DNA of 64,000 nt from Trueperaceae bacterium. Its GTDB lineage: Bacteria; Deinococcota; Deinococci; Deinococcales; Trueperaceae. Within the stretch, counting starts at the first letter, position 1, and every line of letters begins with the position of its first letter. Positions 61,334 to 64,000 of this stretch are shown here, one piece after another. The notes under the pieces were generated by a model. The model was given only the letters and a program-made list of their open reading frames with translations, had not been told where the DNA came from and ran no database searches. The stretch lies in contig OZ243956.1 of assembly GCA_965214405.1 (NCBI GenBank), positions 2,656,001 to 2,720,000 on the forward strand, read 5' to 3'. A program made the translations under genes and the position numbers.

Positions 61334-62722
61334 CTACTCGACTAACTCCGGCTGAACGCGCCGCAGCATCTCCTCAACACGCGTGACCTTGACGCGGGGC
61401 CGCCCCCCCTTTCGGCCCGCCTCGGTTTCGAAGCGGTCGAGCGCCAGCCAATCTTCAAAGGTCACATATGTTACGCCCTTTGCCCGCAGGAGCGCGCTGA
61501 TGGCGAGCGGATGGGCGGCCTCGGCACTCACGCGCGGTAAGGTAGGAGTGTCCTCCAGAAGTCGCGCCACCGTCTCTACCGCGTCGGCCTTGTTGGTGCC
61601 GATGACCCCGGTGGGACCGCGCTTGGCCCAGCCCGCGACGTATTCCCCCGGCACGACTTCACCCCCAGGTGCGCTTAACACGCGCCCCGCGTCGTTGGGA
61701 ATCACGCCGCGCCGCGCGTCGAAGGGCACGCCGAGCAGCGCGGTGCCCCGGTAGCCTACCGAGCGCAAAACCAGGCCGGTGTCAAGCGTCTCAAACACGC
61801 CCGTACCAACCGCGTTTAAGGTGCCGTTTTCGGTGGGCTCGAGCCTATTACGCTCCAAACGAAGCCCCTCAACCCGCGTTTCGCCTAAAATTCCAACCGG
61901 AGACACGTAAAAGACGAGGTGGAGCCGCCGCGATTTGCCTTGACTCTCTCTGTTGGCAAAGTCGCGCATGATATCGATGTTTTTGCGGATGAGTGGGTCG
62001 CCTGCGATAGAGGCGACGCTTGCGGGGTCGAGCTCGAGGTCCGCCGCGTCCACCACAATGTCGGCCCCCCTCAACTCACCGAGTTCGCGGAGTTCCTTGG
62101 TGGTAAATTTGGCCTGCGCCGGGCCGCGGCGGCCCAACATGACTACGTCTTTGACGCGGCTCTCGGCGAGAGCGTCTAGGGCGTGGTCGGCGATGTCGGT
62201 TTCGTAAAGCTCGTCCACCGACTTTGAGAGGATGCGCGCCACGTCCACCGCGACGTTGCCCATCCCCACCACCGCGACGTTTTCGCTACTCAGGTCGGGG
62301 TCTAAGTCGGCGTAGTCGGGGTGACCGTTGTACCAGGCGACAAACTCGGTGGCTGAAAGCGAGCCCGGCAAATCTTCACCAGGAATGCCTAGCGCGCGGT
62401 CGGTGGGAGAGCCCACGGTGTAGACAACCGCGTCGTAGTGGCGACGCACCGCGGCGTGGTCTAAGTCGCGCCCAAAGGAGACGTTGCCAAAAAAGCGCAG
62501 CCGCGCGTCGGCGAGCGTTTTTTCGTAGAGTTTGGTGACGGTCTTGATTTTTTGGTGGTCGGGGGCGACGCCGTAGCGCACCAAACCGAAAGGGGTCGGC
62601 AGGCGGTCGAAGAGGTCGATATTTACATCTTGGGAGGATTTGAAGAGCGCGTCGGCGGCAAAAAAGCCCGCGGGTCCCGCGCCGATGAGGGCGACGCGGA
62701 GCGGGCGAGGAGGAGTCGTCAT
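61334..62722 (-). CDS. Ferredoxin-NADP+ reductase (FprA/adrenodoxin reductase type)
   Basis: IGAGPAGF, PFGLVRYGVAPDH, FVAWYNGHP, GMGNVAVDVARIL, GWAKRGPTGVIGTN. Confidence 0.93.
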   Translation of the reverse strand: MTTPPRPLRVALIGAGPAGFFAADALFKSSQDVNIDLFDRLPTPFGLVRYGVAPDHQKIKTVTKLYEKTLADARLRFFGNVSFGRDLDHAAVRRHYDAVVYTVGSPTDRALGIPGEDLPGSLSATEFVAWYNGHPDYADLDPDLSSENVAVVGMGNVAVDVARILSKSVDELYETDIADHALDALAESRVKDVVMLGRRGPAQAKFTTKELRELGELRGADIVVDAADLELDPASVASIAGDPLIRKNIDIMRDFANRESQGKSRRLHLVFYVSPVGILGETRVEGLRLERNRLEPTENGTLNAVGTGVFETLDTGLVLRSVGYRGTALLGVPFDARRGVIPNDAGRVLSAPGGEVVPGEYVAGWAKRGPTGVIGTNKADAVETVARLLEDTPTLPRVSAEAAHPLAISALLRAKGVTYVTFEDWLALDRFETEAGRKGGRPRVKVTRVEEMLRRVQPELVE

Positions 62723-62873
62723 GCTTCATTTTTACCACGTGGGTTTCTCTAAAAAAGGTTCACATGAGCGTTCCAGACTCGTAAAACTTCACTCCCCGTC
62801 GCGTAATTTTTTGTATTCTTTTAGTCGTGCCCTTTGGGGTAAGCGTCCCTGCGGGGCGTGGGTAGGAGACCCT

Positions 62874-64000
62874 TTGTCATATCCAAACCGTGCCGATAAA
62901 CCAGGTGAGTCCGACGCCGCTCGAGCCACCCCCACCCTCGTCGTCCAAAAGTACGGCGGCACCAGCGTGGGCGACTTGGAGCGCATCCGCAAGGTGGCCG
63001 CGCGCGTGCAGCGCGCCGTCGAGAGCGGCAGCAAGGTCGCGGTCACGGTCTCGGCGATGGGCCGCACCACCGACGGGCTCGTCTCGCTTGCCAAGGAGGT
63101 GACCCCCCGCCCGAGCCGCCGCGAGCTGGACCTGCTGATGGCGACGGGTGAGCTTCAGTCTGCCTCGCTTCTGGCGATGATGCTCCAGAGCATGGGCGTC
63201 AAGGCGCGCTCCTTTACAGGGCAGCAGGCGGGCTTTCTGACCGACGGATTTTTTGGCGGCGCGCGCATTTTGGAAGTGGACCCCAAGAGGATGCTGACAG
63301 CCCTGGAAACCGAGGACGTGGTGGTGGTCGCGGGGTTTCAGGGCGCGGACGAATCGGGCAACATCACCACTCTGGGCCGCGGCGGCTCGGACACCACCGC
63401 GGTCGCGGTGGCGGCGGCCTTGGGCGCGGACGAGTGCGAAATCTATACCGATACCGAAGGCGTCTACACCACCGACCCGCACCTCATCCCCGAGGCGACG
63501 AAGCTGGCGCGAATCGACTATGACGAGATGCTCGAGCTCGCCTCTTTAGGTGCCAAGGTGCTCCACCCCAGGAGCGTCTGGTACGCGCGGCGCTACGGTG
63601 TGCGCGTCCACGTGCGCTCGTCTTTTTCGTACAATCCCGGCACCCTGGTAACCAAAGTGATAAAGGAGGAGACGATGGTAACAGACCGGCCCGTCACGGG
63701 CGTGGCGCTCGACCGCAACCACGCGCGCATCAACCTTTTGGGTTTGCCCGACACGCCGGGCGTCGCGGCGGGGCTTTTTGAGGCGCTGGGCCGCGCGGGT
63801 TTGAGCGCGGACATGATCATCCAGGGCGTCCCCGGCGACAACGCGAGCCGCCAGCAGATGGCCTTTACGGTTCATAAGGACACCGTGGCGGAGGCGCTCG
63901 AGGCCGTCCAGCCCGTGCTCGAGAAGCTGGGCGGTCACGCCGAGGTGGATTCCGACATCGCCAAACTTTCCGTCGTGGGCGTCGCCATCGGCTCGACGCC
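62874..64000 (+). CDS. ask: Aspartate kinase (alpha subunit), runs off window edge
   Basis: Hand-translated from TTG after AGGAG: LVVQKYGGTSVG, VSAMG, VAGFQG, TTLGRGGSDTTA, IYTDTEGVYTTDP, GAKVLHPR. Confidence 0.95.
   Translation, partial: MSYPNRADKPGESDAARATPTLVVQKYGGTSVGDLERIRKVAARVQRAVESGSKVAVTVSAMGRTTDGLVSLAKEVTPRPSRRELDLLMATGELQSASLLAMMLQSMGVKARSFTGQQAGFLTDGFFGGARILEVDPKRMLTALETEDVVVVAGFQGADESGNITTLGRGGSDTTAVAVAAALGADECEIYTDTEGVYTTDPHLIPEATKLARIDYDEMLELASLGAKVLHPRSVWYARRYGVRVHVRSSFSYNPGTLVTKVIKEETMVTDRPVTGVALDRNHARINLLGLPDTPGVAAGLFEALGRAGLSADMIIQGVPGDNASRQQMAFTVHKDTVAEALEAVQPVLEKLGGHAEVDSDIAKLSVVGVAIGST
63662..63677 (+). promoter_or_regulatory. Internal RBS and in-frame ATG (63675) for the aspartokinase beta subunit
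   Basis: AAAGGAGGAG-ACG-ATG GTA ACA GAC CGG CCC GTC ACG GGC GTG GCG at the start of the ACT region. Confidence 0.8.

Noticed and set aside
62890..63102. 70-aa ORF suggesting a frameshifted aspartokinase
   Set aside because: Wrong frame; the true frame is open from TTG 62874 to the window end and is absent from the track only because it has no stop in the window

Overview
GC-rich bacterial chromosome segment. MutS, NuoB and aspartokinase closely resemble Thermus-type proteins, pointing to phylum Deinococcota (Truepera-like; inferred by eye, not searched). The housekeeping backbone comprises a sugar ABC operon, trkH, mutS-mutL, a complete nuoA-N operon interrupted by three extra genes, tRNA-Ser(GGA), an RluA/RluD-family synthase, a methylmalonyl-CoA mutase large subunit, a GH13 enzyme, gatC, an FprA-type reductase and aspartokinase. 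Accessory DNA includes a lower-GC islet (BrnT toxin, two antitoxin-like ORFs, NUDIX, map, an IS-disrupted gene), two intact-ended IS elements with target duplications, and several acidic secreted proteins sharing TGG linkers. The main discovery is a compact candidate RiPP locus at 56866-59494. A 51-aa precursor missing from the ORF track has a lasso-type leader (doubled F/YxxPKL, then GxxxxxT) and a short Phe/Ser core with no acidic residue (QGFFGSFSP). It is followed by an HprK-like kinase, a radical SAM enzyme and a stand-alone PqqD/RRE protein, with no lasso cyclase or peptidase nearby. Family assignments come from motif recognition only; no database searches were run.
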